Made by a program: the position numbers and the translations under genes
Shown here: positions 35,959 through 46,900 of the stretch, piece after piece
How the letters are laid out: every line of letters starts with the position of its first letter
Numbering within the stretch: the stretch's first letter is position 1
NCBI GenBank assembly: GCA_025450575.1
Contig: JANWHE010000016.1
Location: 93,874 to 157,873, forward strand
Origin: Candidatus Saccharimonadales bacterium
GTDB lineage: Bacteria; Patescibacteriota; Saccharimonadia; Saccharimonadales; UBA10212
Direction: 5' to 3'
DNA: 64,000 bases
The notes under the pieces: generated by a model
What the model saw: the letters and a program-made list of their open reading frames with translations, nothing else
Told to the model about the DNA's origin: nothing
Database searches by the model: none

Positions 35959-36717
35959 TCAGAGAGTTCTTTTCTCGACTTCACGAGCCAGGGCTTTGTA
36001 AGCCCGGGCGCCCTTGCTCCATTTATCATGTTCAATGATGGTCCGGCCGAAACTGGGCGCCTCGGCCAAGCGCACATTGCGCGGCACCACCGTCTCAAAC
36101 AGTTTGGCGCCGAAGTAATCCTCTAATTCCTTCTTGACTTGAGCCGATAAGGAGTTGCGACTGTCAAATAACGTAATCAAAACCCCCAGGATCTCTAGTC
36201 CTGGGTTGAGGGCCTGGCGGACCTGCTGGATGACACTCAGCAGCTGGCTCAAGCCTTCCAACGCGTAATATTCGGCCTGGACCGGGATTAACACCGAGTT
36301 AGCCGCCGATAAGGCGTTAACAGTCAGCAGCCCCAGGCTGGGAGGACAGTCTATGAAGATATAGTCATAGTTCAGCTCGGCCAGGGCCTGGCGCAGTTTG
36401 AGCTCCCGGTCGGTTTCGCTGACTAGCTCCACCTCGGCGCCGGCTAAATCGGCGTTGGATGGGATGATGTGCAGTTTGGAATTGACTTTCTGGATGGTCT
36501 GGGATGCTCCGGCCCGCGAAAACAGGACGTCGTACAATGTCGAAGCCTGGGCCTGCTTGTCTATACCAAGGCCGCTGGTGGAGTTACCTTGCGGATCGGC
36601 GTCGACCAGCAGCACGGAGTGCCCGGCCTTGGCCAGATAAGCCGCCAGGTTGATGGAGGTGGTGGTTTTGCCAACGCCGCCCTTCTGGTTCAGTACCGCG
36701 ATTATATTTTTAGCCAT
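35959..36717 (-). CDS. parA: ParA/Soj ATPase
   Basis: NQKGGVGKTT, DCPPSLG, PRNVRLAEAPS. Confidence 0.96.
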   Translation of the reverse strand: MAKNIIAVLNQKGGVGKTTTSINLAAYLAKAGHSVLLVDADPQGNSTSGLGIDKQAQASTLYDVLFSRAGASQTIQKVNSKLHIIPSNADLAGAEVELVSETDRELKLRQALAELNYDYIFIDCPPSLGLLTVNALSAANSVLIPVQAEYYALEGLSQLLSVIQQVRQALNPGLEILGVLITLFDSRNSLSAQVKKELEDYFGAKLFETVVPRNVRLAEAPSFGRTIIEHDKWSKGARAYKALAREVEKRTL

Positions 36718-36819
36718 TTTTATGTCTTCCCTGTCTGTTTAAGATTAGCATAAGCAGGGCTAGTGGGCTAGATGTCAATACTTGTTAAGCTTTATGTTTT
36801 AAGGTAAATTAACACCTAT

Positions 36820-37536
36820 ATGGACGATATCCGCCGCCCTCATCACCAGCGACGCGATTTCGCTATGCGCCATCGCCCTCACCAGCCCCCGCCCAGTCCT
36901 AACTCTCCGGCTCCCGGTCCCGCGCCGGCGCCGGCCATTCCCCATCATACACCGGCCGCGGTCCCTCAGGACGGCCTGGCGCCGGCAGCCGCCTCCGAAA
37001 CCGGTTATGAACATTACGGCCGGCCGGCGCCGCGGCCTAATCTCCAGCCGGCCGCCAAAAAAAAGCTGCTGCCCAAGATCCGGCCCAGATACGCCGCGGC
37101 CGGTTTAGCCGCCGTCTTATTGATAGCCGCCGGCGCTTATCTGCTCACCCGGCCGGCCCAAAAATCCGGGTTTTCGGTAGCCCAGCTGGCCAAAAAGTCG
37201 GCTTTCAGCTTTTATTATCCCCAGCCGCTACCCAACGGCTACGCTTACGTGACGAAAATCAACGCCTTCCAGGGCGGCCAGGCGTACTTTATGCTGGCCA
37301 ACGGGTCCAAACATATTATCTTCCGCGAACAAGCGGCCGGCGGCCAAACGACCGGGGGCCTGAGCGGCTCCCATAATATCCGTTCGGCGGCCGGCACGGC
37401 GGCCATTGGCACCCAAGCCGGCCAGCCGGCCGCCAAAGTGCTGGCCGGGTCCACGCTGATATCTATTAATACCACCGGCTCGGTGCCGTCCGCCGATCTC
37501 ACCTGGGTTATCGATTCTCTGAAAACTGACCGTTAA
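36820..37536 (+). CDS. Bitopic membrane protein, paralog 1 (DUF4367-like external domain)
   Basis: Pro/Arg-rich N-terminus, TM helix, YYP..LP.GY motif. Confidence 0.7.
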   Translation: MDDIRRPHHQRRDFAMRHRPHQPPPSPNSPAPGPAPAPAIPHHTPAAVPQDGLAPAAASETGYEHYGRPAPRPNLQPAAKKKLLPKIRPRYAAAGLAAVLLIAAGAYLLTRPAQKSGFSVAQLAKKSAFSFYYPQPLPNGYAYVTKINAFQGGQAYFMLANGSKHIIFREQAAGGQTTGGLSGSHNIRSAAGTAAIGTQAGQPAAKVLAGSTLISINTTGSVPSADLTWVIDSLKTDR

Positions 37537-37575
37537 TGTTGCTAAGCGTAAGCGATTTAAGGTAAATTATCAGAT

Positions 37576-38247
37576 ATGGATGAGATGAGAGACCGCTACC
37601 GTATGCCGCGGCGGGATTACGCCGCACCGGTCCGCCGGCCAATGGCGCCTGCTCCTTCGTCTGCGCCGCCTAACCCAGCGGCTCCCGCCCCTGTCAGCCA
37701 AGCCCCGCAGCCTCAGCACGAGCCAAGCCCGTACCAAGCGCCGGCCAGACCGCCCCGCCGGGCTAAAAAACGCCGGCTACTGAAGTTATTTATCATCTTA
37801 CTGATCTTGGCGGCGCTGGCTGGTGGCGTCTTTTTGGCTTACCGTAAGTATTACGTCAAAAATCCCTTCCCGGCCGATATCCGCCAAAACGCCGGCCTTG
37901 ACCTGCTGTATCCCACTAAATTGCCGACAGGTTATACGATCGACCCCACCTCTATGCAGCAGACCAACGGCATATTACTGTACGATGCCACCAGCGGCAG
38001 CAACCGGCTGGTCTTCACTCTGCAAAAAACCCCTTCGACGTTCGATTTCGCCACTTTTTACAAACAGCAGCTGCAGGATAACCAGCAGTTCTCCACTCCT
38101 TACGGACAGGCGGCAGTCGGCAAGAACAGTAACCGTTATCTGGGCAGCTTAGTAGACGGTAATACTTGGCTGCTGCTCAGCACCAACACCTCCAGCTTAA
38201 GCGCCAGCGACTTCACCCAGACGCTTAATAGCCTCAAAAATTATTAG
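37576..38247 (+). CDS. Bitopic membrane protein, paralog 2
   Basis: Same architecture; LYPTKLPTGY. Confidence 0.7.
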   Translation: MDEMRDRYRMPRRDYAAPVRRPMAPAPSSAPPNPAAPAPVSQAPQPQHEPSPYQAPARPPRRAKKRRLLKLFIILLILAALAGGVFLAYRKYYVKNPFPADIRQNAGLDLLYPTKLPTGYTIDPTSMQQTNGILLYDATSGSNRLVFTLQKTPSTFDFATFYKQQLQDNQQFSTPYGQAAVGKNSNRYLGSLVDGNTWLLLSTNTSSLSASDFTQTLNSLKNY

Positions 38248-38298
38248 TTTACAGATTCTAAAGGTATAATGGAGCTAGCTTTCACGGAATAAACAAAC

Positions 38299-40245
38299 AT
38301 GCGAAAAAACCCACTACCCAAAACTAAGGTAGCCAAAAGAGCTGTCAGTATGCTGGTCTTACTGATTTTCATATCGACCTTGATGTTTGTCTTCTATCGG
38401 CCGAGGGTACATGCCCAGGTCTTCCTGACAAGTGGAAATACCTGGACGGTACCCTCGGACTGGTCGAATGGCAATAATATTATCGAGGTCATAGGAGGCG
38501 GAGGCGGAGGCGGTGGTGGTTCTTCGGCTGGTCCTGGCAATGGCTGGGGTGGTGGTGGTGGTGGTGGTTATTCTAAGATTCTGAACACCAGCTTCACGCC
38601 CGGTACGGTTGTGACTATAGCCATTGGGGTGGCCGGCACGGCCGGAGCAGCCGGGGGTAATGACGGCGGCGCCGGCGGCGACACTTACCTATGCAGCGCG
38701 ACGACCAGCTGCTCGAGCATAACTGATACGAACGTGATCGTTGGCGCCAAAGGCGGCGGGGCCGGTACATCAACGGGTGGCGGCGCGGGCGGAGCAGCCG
38801 CTAGCGGCGTAGGCTTGAGCAGCTTCAGCGGTGGTACTGGTGGAGCCGGCGCCGGCGGAGCTGGTAACGCCGGAGGCGCCGGCGGATCGGCGGGCGGCGC
38901 GGGCGGACCTAGCGCCGATGGCAACGCAGGCGCTAACGGTTCAGGTGGTAGCGGTAACAGCGGCGGGGCTGGAGCTGCTGGTGGCCGGGCTGACGGCAGC
39001 GCCGGAGGCGCGGGCGGAACGGCCGGAACAGCCGGCGGCGGGGCCGGCGGAGCGGCTGGAAATGGGACTGAATATGATTCTACCCATGGTTCAGGTGGGG
39101 GTGGCGGCAGTGGTGGAGGCGGTGACCGTAGCGCTAACGGCGGGGCCGGCGGAGCTTCCGGTAATTACGGTGGAGGCGGTGGAGGCGGTGGAGGCGGCGG
39201 TCGTAGCGCCGTTGGTAGCGCTGGTGCTGTTGGCAAACAAGGCATCATCCGGATAAGCTATACTCAGGTAAGCCAGGCAGATTACCGTTGGCGGTCCGAT
39301 GACGGCAACGAAACCACTGGCTCTTCCCTGGCGGCTCAGGATACACCGGCCTCGATTAACAGTAGTTCCGCCGTACGATTAAGATTCCTGATTACTGACA
39401 ATGGTGAAAGCACCACTAACACCTATCGTTTAGAGTACGCTCCACACTTAGCAGGCTGTTACACCTGGACTACCGTACCGAATGTAGCTACCACCGAGCA
39501 CTTTAATATGTATAGCACTAGCAATTATACGGACCAGGCGGCCTCGACCAACGTATTATCGGGCCCGGCAGTCATCACCGACCCGTCCGGTTTCAGTTTC
39601 ACGGCCGGCAAGCTCGTCAAATCGACCTCCAACTCCGCGACGGTCACAATCGGCGGCGGCCAGTTCACAGAGATAGAGTATGCTTTCCAGGCCAATTCTA
39701 ACGCCACTTATTCATCCTACTGTTTCCGGGTGACCAACGCCGGCACGCCTTTGGATATTTATAATAATTACCCCATCCTGAATGTCCAGTACACACCTTC
39801 GGCACCGATGGTTTATAGCCCGGCCAGCAGTGCCACCGGAGTGTCGCGGCTGCCGATTTTCCAGATGAGGAGTACCGACCTTAATAATGACTATCTGCAG
39901 TACGTAGTCGAAGTTTGCTCGGCGAACAGCTTCCCTTGCGGCGCGGCTTACAACAAGACATACAATGAGACCAACGCCTGCTGGAGCCAGCAGGATCTGC
40001 AGTCTGGCACGGCTTTCACCGGCTCCAGCGATTTGAACGTCTCGGCGATGGCCTATTGCCAGATCCCGGCCGCCGATTTACTCAGCCCCAATACTACGTA
40101 TTATATGCGCGCCAAAGCCATCGACCCCGGCGGCAGCAACACCTACAGCGCCTATTCATCGGTAGTCAGTTTTACCACATCGACCCTAGACGTCCAGATA
40201 AACGGCGGCTCGACAATCAAAGGTGGCACTAAAATCGGCGGTTAA
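38299..40245 (+). CDS. Secreted glycine-rich surface protein
   Basis: Signal peptide ending VHA, WTVP..IEVIGGGG glycine-rich domain, YRWRSDDG.E domain, C-terminal FnIII-like region. Confidence 0.8.
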   Translation: MRKNPLPKTKVAKRAVSMLVLLIFISTLMFVFYRPRVHAQVFLTSGNTWTVPSDWSNGNNIIEVIGGGGGGGGGSSAGPGNGWGGGGGGGYSKILNTSFTPGTVVTIAIGVAGTAGAAGGNDGGAGGDTYLCSATTSCSSITDTNVIVGAKGGGAGTSTGGGAGGAAASGVGLSSFSGGTGGAGAGGAGNAGGAGGSAGGAGGPSADGNAGANGSGGSGNSGGAGAAGGRADGSAGGAGGTAGTAGGGAGGAAGNGTEYDSTHGSGGGGGSGGGGDRSANGGAGGASGNYGGGGGGGGGGGRSAVGSAGAVGKQGIIRISYTQVSQADYRWRSDDGNETTGSSLAAQDTPASINSSSAVRLRFLITDNGESTTNTYRLEYAPHLAGCYTWTTVPNVATTEHFNMYSTSNYTDQAASTNVLSGPAVITDPSGFSFTAGKLVKSTSNSATVTIGGGQFTEIEYAFQANSNATYSSYCFRVTNAGTPLDIYNNYPILNVQYTPSAPMVYSPASSATGVSRLPIFQMRSTDLNNDYLQYVVEVCSANSFPCGAAYNKTYNETNACWSQQDLQSGTAFTGSSDLNVSAMAYCQIPAADLLSPNTTYYMRAKAIDPGGSNTYSAYSSVVSFTTSTLDVQINGGSTIKGGTKIGG

Positions 40246-40289
40246 AGCCGCTTGTGGTTTAAACCACCAATACGTTATCTTATCTATAG

Positions 40290-40958
40290 ATGGATGAAGA
40301 GTTACGTAGCCGACACCGGCGCGATTTTCGGAACGAGGTGATTGGGCGGCGCCCAGCTCGGGCCCAAAAGCCCTTAAGGGCAGAGCCGGCCGAAGTTATC
40401 AATTTTAGGCCCGTTGAAATGCATAAACCGTCTACCAGGCCCCGCCACGGCCGCCGCAAAGGGATTTTAATTGGCTTGATGGTTCTTTTATTGGCCAGCG
40501 CCGGCATTGTCCTATACTTGTGGTGTCCCTGGCATAAGAACCTCCAGGCTACCCAAAAAATCCCAGTCGTACCCGCAGCTATTTCAAATGGTGTCAGCTA
40601 TAAGGTTTACTACCCTGACCCGGCTAAATTGCCGGCTGGCTACACGTTGGTCCGCAGTTCATTCACTATGCCGGTTAAGAACGGCGTGGCTTACTGGGTG
40701 AGCTATGATAATGGCAAACATATAGTCTTTTCGGTGCAAAGCAAGCCCTCCGATACCGAACTCCAGACTTTCAATAGCAACTACATCCCCCTGCGCAACG
40801 ATTACCAGACAGGGGTGGGCCAGGCCGAGATTGGCGCCTACCATAACCAAACCCTGGTCAGCCTGCCGGCTACCAACGGCCCTTGGATAGTCATATCCGC
40901 CCCCCAGGACATCAGCCAGGACAAGCTAAAACAAGTCCTCAGCTCGATTACTAAATAG
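40290..40958 (+). CDS. Bitopic membrane protein, paralog 3
   Basis: Same architecture; YYPDPAKLPAGY. Confidence 0.7.
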   Translation: MDEELRSRHRRDFRNEVIGRRPARAQKPLRAEPAEVINFRPVEMHKPSTRPRHGRRKGILIGLMVLLLASAGIVLYLWCPWHKNLQATQKIPVVPAAISNGVSYKVYYPDPAKLPAGYTLVRSSFTMPVKNGVAYWVSYDNGKHIVFSVQSKPSDTELQTFNSNYIPLRNDYQTGVGQAEIGAYHNQTLVSLPATNGPWIVISAPQDISQDKLKQVLSSITK

Positions 40959-40959
40959 T

Positions 40960-43900
40960 CTAATTGCCGGTCACTACGTATTGGTCGGTGGTTATTGTAT
41001 TGGACGCGCTATTGGCGCTCCAGACCGGGAAGAGATAAAGGTTAGCCGCCGAAGACGTAGTGAGGCCGGTAGTGCTGGCCGTGGATACCATGTTGAATAC
41101 ACCGAACTGACCGGTGGCGGTAGTGGTGGTGACAGTCTGCAGGTAGAACAGCCCCTGGCCGTCCATGCTGGTAGTCGAGAAGCAGACTATCTTGTAATCG
41201 ATTATCCATTGGGCGTTGCTTATCGTTGAGCCGGCAGTGGCCGTCGGCGATGCCGCGCCGATAAGCGTATCGCTGGTACGGGTGGTGTTGGTGCCATAGC
41301 GGACTTCCATCTGCAGGGTCGGGGCGCTGGTCGTACCATAGTGGCCGCGGGCATAGATATGTATCACCCGTCCGGCCTGGCAGTAGTTGGCCGGAATCGA
41401 TGCCGCGCCCAGATTGCCGCAAGCCGTCGTACAGGTGTTGATGGCCGATCCAATGGAAGTATTAGAGTAAAGCAAGCCGTTACAGGTAGTCCAGGCGCCG
41501 GCCACGCCGCACATGAAGTTATGGTCGGTTGAACTGTAGAACATGGCGCCGTTTATCTCGGTGGCAGCGTTGGAAATCGTACCCTGGTTGAAGGTTGAAT
41601 CGCTGTCGGTGTCGAGCACTAGCAGCGTACCGGTAGTGTCGGATGTGCCGATGTTCACAGTGCCGGTGCTGGTGTTAACGTTCAAGAGGCTGGTGCCAAG
41701 ACCGCCGGCGTTGGTGCCGCGAACCGCGAATATTATACCCGCCAGGCTGGTATCGGCGTCCTGGATGTCGAACGCACCGGTATCAGTGCCGCCGGCATTC
41801 AGTTTAATTTCCGGAGTAGTGCTACCTGTCGAGGAGTTATATGTAGTCTGCAATGTAGGCGTGCTGATGGAACCCATCGACGACCAGGTGCCGTTCAGGC
41901 AGCCGCGGAAAGTATTAGAGGTAGTGTTATAGTAGAAGGCCCCGTTGATACAAGTCGGATCGGCGCTGGCCGAACCGAATTTTACTACCGCTGAACCATT
42001 GACCTGCACCTGGCCAGAGCCGCCGGAGTTAAGTATCAAGTAATCCGATGAACCGCTGCCGCTCTGCAGAGTCAGCGTACCGGCGGTAGTCTGCCAGCTA
42101 GAGGCAGCGTGGCCGGTAATATTAACTGCTGCCCCGCTACCAGAATTGACCGTTATGGCACCGCTGCCGGTACCGACCGCTACCGTACCGCTGCTGGCCG
42201 TGTAGTTAGCTGTGCTGGTAGCTGTATCGTAATAAATCAAGGCGTAATTGGTTGAGCCGCCGTTTTCCATAACCCGCAGGGCCCGGCCGCTGGTATCAAC
42301 CGACAAGACGGTGGCGTTACCGGAGTTCTGGACGACGAAACCAGCGGTCGAATCAGTGTTGGTATGGAAAGTGGTCTGCCCGGAGCTATTGACCGTTATG
42401 GAGTTAGCCGCGTTGGCGTTAACCTGCAGCTCAAACCCCTTGCCGGAAGCCGCCTTGACCGAGGCCGCGCCGTTAGCGCCGTCATAGCCAAACTGCGCGC
42501 GGCTATTATTGGCCCCGTAGTAAAAGGAGTTGCTGGAGCTATCGGTGGTAGCCAGCAAATCAACGGCTGAATTGGTACCAGCGCCGGCGTAAATTTTTAC
42601 CCCTTGGGTGGCGGTCAGAGCCTGTGAGGTCGAGCCCAGCGTAATGTAATCGCTGGTAGTGTCGATATTAAACAGGCTGTTGTTGCTGCTGTTCTGTACT
42701 TGGAGAGCCGCCGTTGAATTGGTGGTCACGCTTTGAATCAAGACGCCGTTGTTGGTCGACGAATTCGTTTTTAGGTTTATGCCGGCATCAGATTTCAAGT
42801 TGACCACGCTGCTGCCGCTGTTAGAACCGATATTGACCGTCTGCGTAGTGGTGCTGGCGCCATTGCCGATATTAAAGGTGTGGGTGACGTCGGTGTTGCC
42901 CAGATTGATACCGCCGGTGTTACCGCCCTCGATATTGACGGCGTTGGTCGTGTTACCATTGCTGCCGATAGTTATAGTGTTGGTCGCCGAAGCGTTGGCG
43001 TTAGTAGCGATATTGATAGTCGAGTTACTGGCGTTGCTGGCCGTCAGGCCGATGTTGACCGTCTGGGCGTGGCCGCCGACGTTGCCGATCTTGACGGTAC
43101 CGGCGGCGCCGGTATCGCTATCGATGGTCACGCTGTTGCCGCCGGAAGTAGTGTCGACCGCTATAAAGTTATTGTTGCTGGCGTCTTGGACCACGAAAGC
43201 CGTGGTGCTGCCGCTGCCGGTGGTGTGAACCTTGGTGGCGCCGGTATTGCCAACGCCGAAGACTACTGTTCCCAGGCCTCCCCCGCCGCCGTTACTGGCG
43301 TTGATATCCAGGATATCGGCACCTACCGTACTATCGGCGTCTTGGATATTAAGAGTACTGCGCGTGCTATCAAGTTTGATTTCCGGTGTCGTGCCGCCAA
43401 TTGAGTTAGTGTAGCCGAGCTGAAGCGTACTGGCGTCAATACCGGCGATTGTCCAGGCTGAACCTATGTATATGAGCGTCGCCGAACTGCCCGGTGCCAG
43501 ATTATAGCTGCCCGCCCCCGTATTCAGCGTGAAAGCATTGGTGCCGCCGTTACCTACATAAAGCAGCCGGCCAGTGGTCGCCGTCGTCGGCGCCGGGACC
43601 GTGAAAGTCAGGCCTGTAGCCGTAGCCGTGGCGCTGATGGTGGTATTGTTATCGACCAAAGACTGGGTGATGGTGCTGTTAGCGCCACTGGTGTAGGTGT
43701 TAGATGCGAAAACCGTGCCGCCGGCCACAGTTACGGTCGGCGTGGAGGTATTGACGCTGAAGACAGCGGCGCTACCAGTGGTCTGAACCTGGAAGGCCGA
43801 CGTGGAGTTGGCGGCGTTCTTGACGGTCACGTTACCGGCGGCGCCGACGCCGGTATTCAGTCCGGCGACCAGAGTGATATTGCCACCGGCGTTGTCACCG

Positions 43901-46900
43901 GATCCGCCGGCGGCGCCGCCATTGATGCTCACGTTGCCACCGGCGGATCCGGTGCTGCTGCCGTTGCCGGCGCCCCCATAGAGGTTCAAGTTGCCGCCGG
44001 CCGTCCCGGTCGCCGATGAACCCGTACCCTTGACGTTGAAGTTATTCGGTGCGGCATTCGTTCCGCTGCCATCGGCGTTGCCTAAGTACAAGTTATTGCT
44101 CTGATCAAAAGTAGCTCGCCCCGTGTTGTTAGTTATAATCTGCAAGCTGTTGGCGTCTTTGGTTCCCAAGCTGGCTAAGCTGCCGGTCAGGCTGCCTAAG
44201 GTGTTGCCGCCGTTCACGAAAGCCACGCCGGTTCCGGTAGTGATACAAGCCGCCAGTTTGTTGGAGCTATTCCGGCACAGGTAAGAGGTGTTATCAGCTG
44301 TGCCTAGGGCTCCGGCGGCCACAATGATGCCGCCGCCCGGCTGCAAGGTTAGGCTGCCGCCGATGGTCGAACCGATAGTAATCGTGCTGGCGCTGCTGGC
44401 CGTAGTATTGGTCGAACCGATGTTTATCGTCTGGGTTACGGCCACGCCGGTAGAGTTACCTATCTGGACAGTCGAACCGGTCTGAGTATTGCCAAGATAT
44501 AGAGTGCCACCGTTGGTGTCGGCCTGTATGTAAGTATGGCTGCCAGCGGCGTCCTGCACCTGGAAGCCGTTAGTGTTGGTTACTTGGAAAGAGTTAGTGC
44601 TAGAGAAAGTGTTAGCCGCGTTATTCAGGACGATGTGGGAGCTATCGCTAAGGTTAGTGCTAGCGATTTGCGAGCCGCCGACTTCGTAGAATTTAGTGGC
44701 CGGAATATTGACATTACCATCCTTATCAACGCTGAATTTCTCAGCGCCCCCATTTTGCAAGCTCAACAGCTTAGCTCCGGCTGTAGAATAGGTATTGGCA
44801 GTATTGAGCGTAAAGCCGACAGCGCTGGCGCCGTCGGCCAGATTGCTGAATAGCTTGTTGGTGGTGGCGTCAACGCCCAGCACCGTGACGCTAGAGGAGT
44901 TCTGAACCTGGAAAGCCGTGCTTGAGGTGTTGGTTATCAGCAACGGCGCCGGCTCGTTGGCTTTCTTCAGATAAAAATCATCGAAGTAGAACGTGCCGGT
45001 GGTTGCCGTAGCTTTGACGCTAGCCGCCAGCCGCAGGAAGTAAGAACCGGCCGGGACAGTGGCGGTTATCGTCTTCTTGACATAGCTGGTGCCTGGCAGT
45101 CCGGTGTCGGCGTTGCTGAAGGTCGTGCTGGCTTTGTCTTTGTCGTCAAATTCTATGTAGATTCCGGCATCACCGGTAGCGCCAGCGCTGTTCTTGACCC
45201 AGGCTTCGGCGTAGATAGTATCGCCCGGATGTACTGCGAAGTACGGTGTCGTTACGGCGTGAGTCGTGGAGTTGCCGGTTACCTGCAGTTCGTAATTGCC
45301 GCTGTGGGCATTGGCCGAGCTGTTGGTTATCACCTGCGTGGCGCTAGGCGTATACCAGCCGGTGGCATCGGTTGTCCCGCTGGATTCAAAACTAGGATTT
45401 TGGATTTCATTGCCCAGGTTATCTACCCCGTTATTAATCACGTAACCGTCGCTGGTGTTGGCATTAAGCAAAGCCGAAGCCGTTGAGGTCTGGATTCGAA
45501 AAGCGGTGTTTGAATCACTGAAGTTTTCAAAAGCGGCGGCGCCGGTAGTGGACAGACTTTGAACCACGTGATTATTAGTTATGATATTCAGACCATTCGA
45601 ATCAATGGTGCCCAAGACTCCAGTACCTCCAAAGCCGCTATTTCCGCCGTTGACAAAGGCGGTGCCCGTCCCAGAAATAAACCCGCAGCTGGAACTGGCC
45701 TGAATACACAGCGTTCCATTTTCGGCCGGTAAATGGATAGTGTAGCCGGTACTGCTTGGGTTAGTGGCATCAAGCGTTATGGACCCAGTCTGGGCGGCGA
45801 AATTAAACTTTAATTTGCCGGTAATGCCACTGGCGCCGGAGTTGCCCAGAATCACCGTATCACCCGCGGTATCGACAGTTAAGACAGACTTGCTTGAGGC
45901 CGAATCGTTTATTACTAGACCGGCGGCATTATTGTTGGCTAAGGTGGTCAATCCGCCATTAGCGATCGTCAGTACCGGCGTGGCATTATTCTTAAAGACG
46001 GCGATATTCCCAGTCGAGGTTGAATTAGACACATTCAGGGCGTCGCCGCTGGTCGAGCCGGTCAATGAAGTCAGCGCCGATGTTACCGTCAAGGTTTTAC
46101 TGGCCGCCACCGTCGTGTTGCCGCCCAGGCTGATGCCGCCGGAACCGGAGTTCAGACTCAGCGCCCCGCCATTAACGCTATTGCCGATCGTGACGTTGGT
46201 CAACCCGGTACCAGCCGGCGTGCCGGCGCCGATATTAATGGTCTGGGTCTTGCCGGTAGCGGTATTGGCGTTGCCGATGTTAATGGTATTGGTATCCGTT
46301 GATTGGCCGAAGGTCAGGCCGCCGGTTTCGGATGTCGAACCAATTGTGATAGTACTGGCAGCCGTATCCGGGTTGATATTAAGGCCGCCGCCATCGCTTA
46401 TAGTAAGAACGGGGGTAGAATTATCATTGAATACGGCGATATTGCCGGTCGAGGTGGAGTTGCTGACGTTTAGAGCGTCGCCGCTGGTCGCGCCGGTCAG
46501 CGATGTTAAGGCCGATGTGACAGACAGAGTCTTGCCGGCCGCCACGGTCGTATTATTGCCCAGAGTTATCCCGCCTCCGCCATCTATGGCCGTCACCGCC
46601 GAACCACCGGTCTGGCCGATAGTTATGCCGCTGGCGCTAGTCGTACCGATTGATATGGTGCCGGTAGTCCCGGTGCCGGATTTCGTGCCCGAGTCGATGG
46701 TGATATTGCCGCTGCTGCTGTTGGTGCCGCCGGCGGCATCGCCGGACTTGATAGTCACGCTGCCGGAACTTAAGCTGCTGCCGGTCTCGTTGCCGCTGCG
46801 CAAGGTTATGGCCGCGGTATTGGCGGCCGCCGAATCAGTGGTCTGGACCAGCGGCGTCTGCAGCGCCGTGCCAATAATCCCCGTTCCGCTGATGTTAAAG

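Noticed and set aside
35073..36800. parS site near parAB
   Set aside because: No TGTTTCACGTGAAACA-like palindrome was found by eye.
38495..39200. GGT/GGC runs as a tandem repeat or phase-variation tract
   Set aside because: They are in-frame triplets encoding poly-Gly, explained by the protein.
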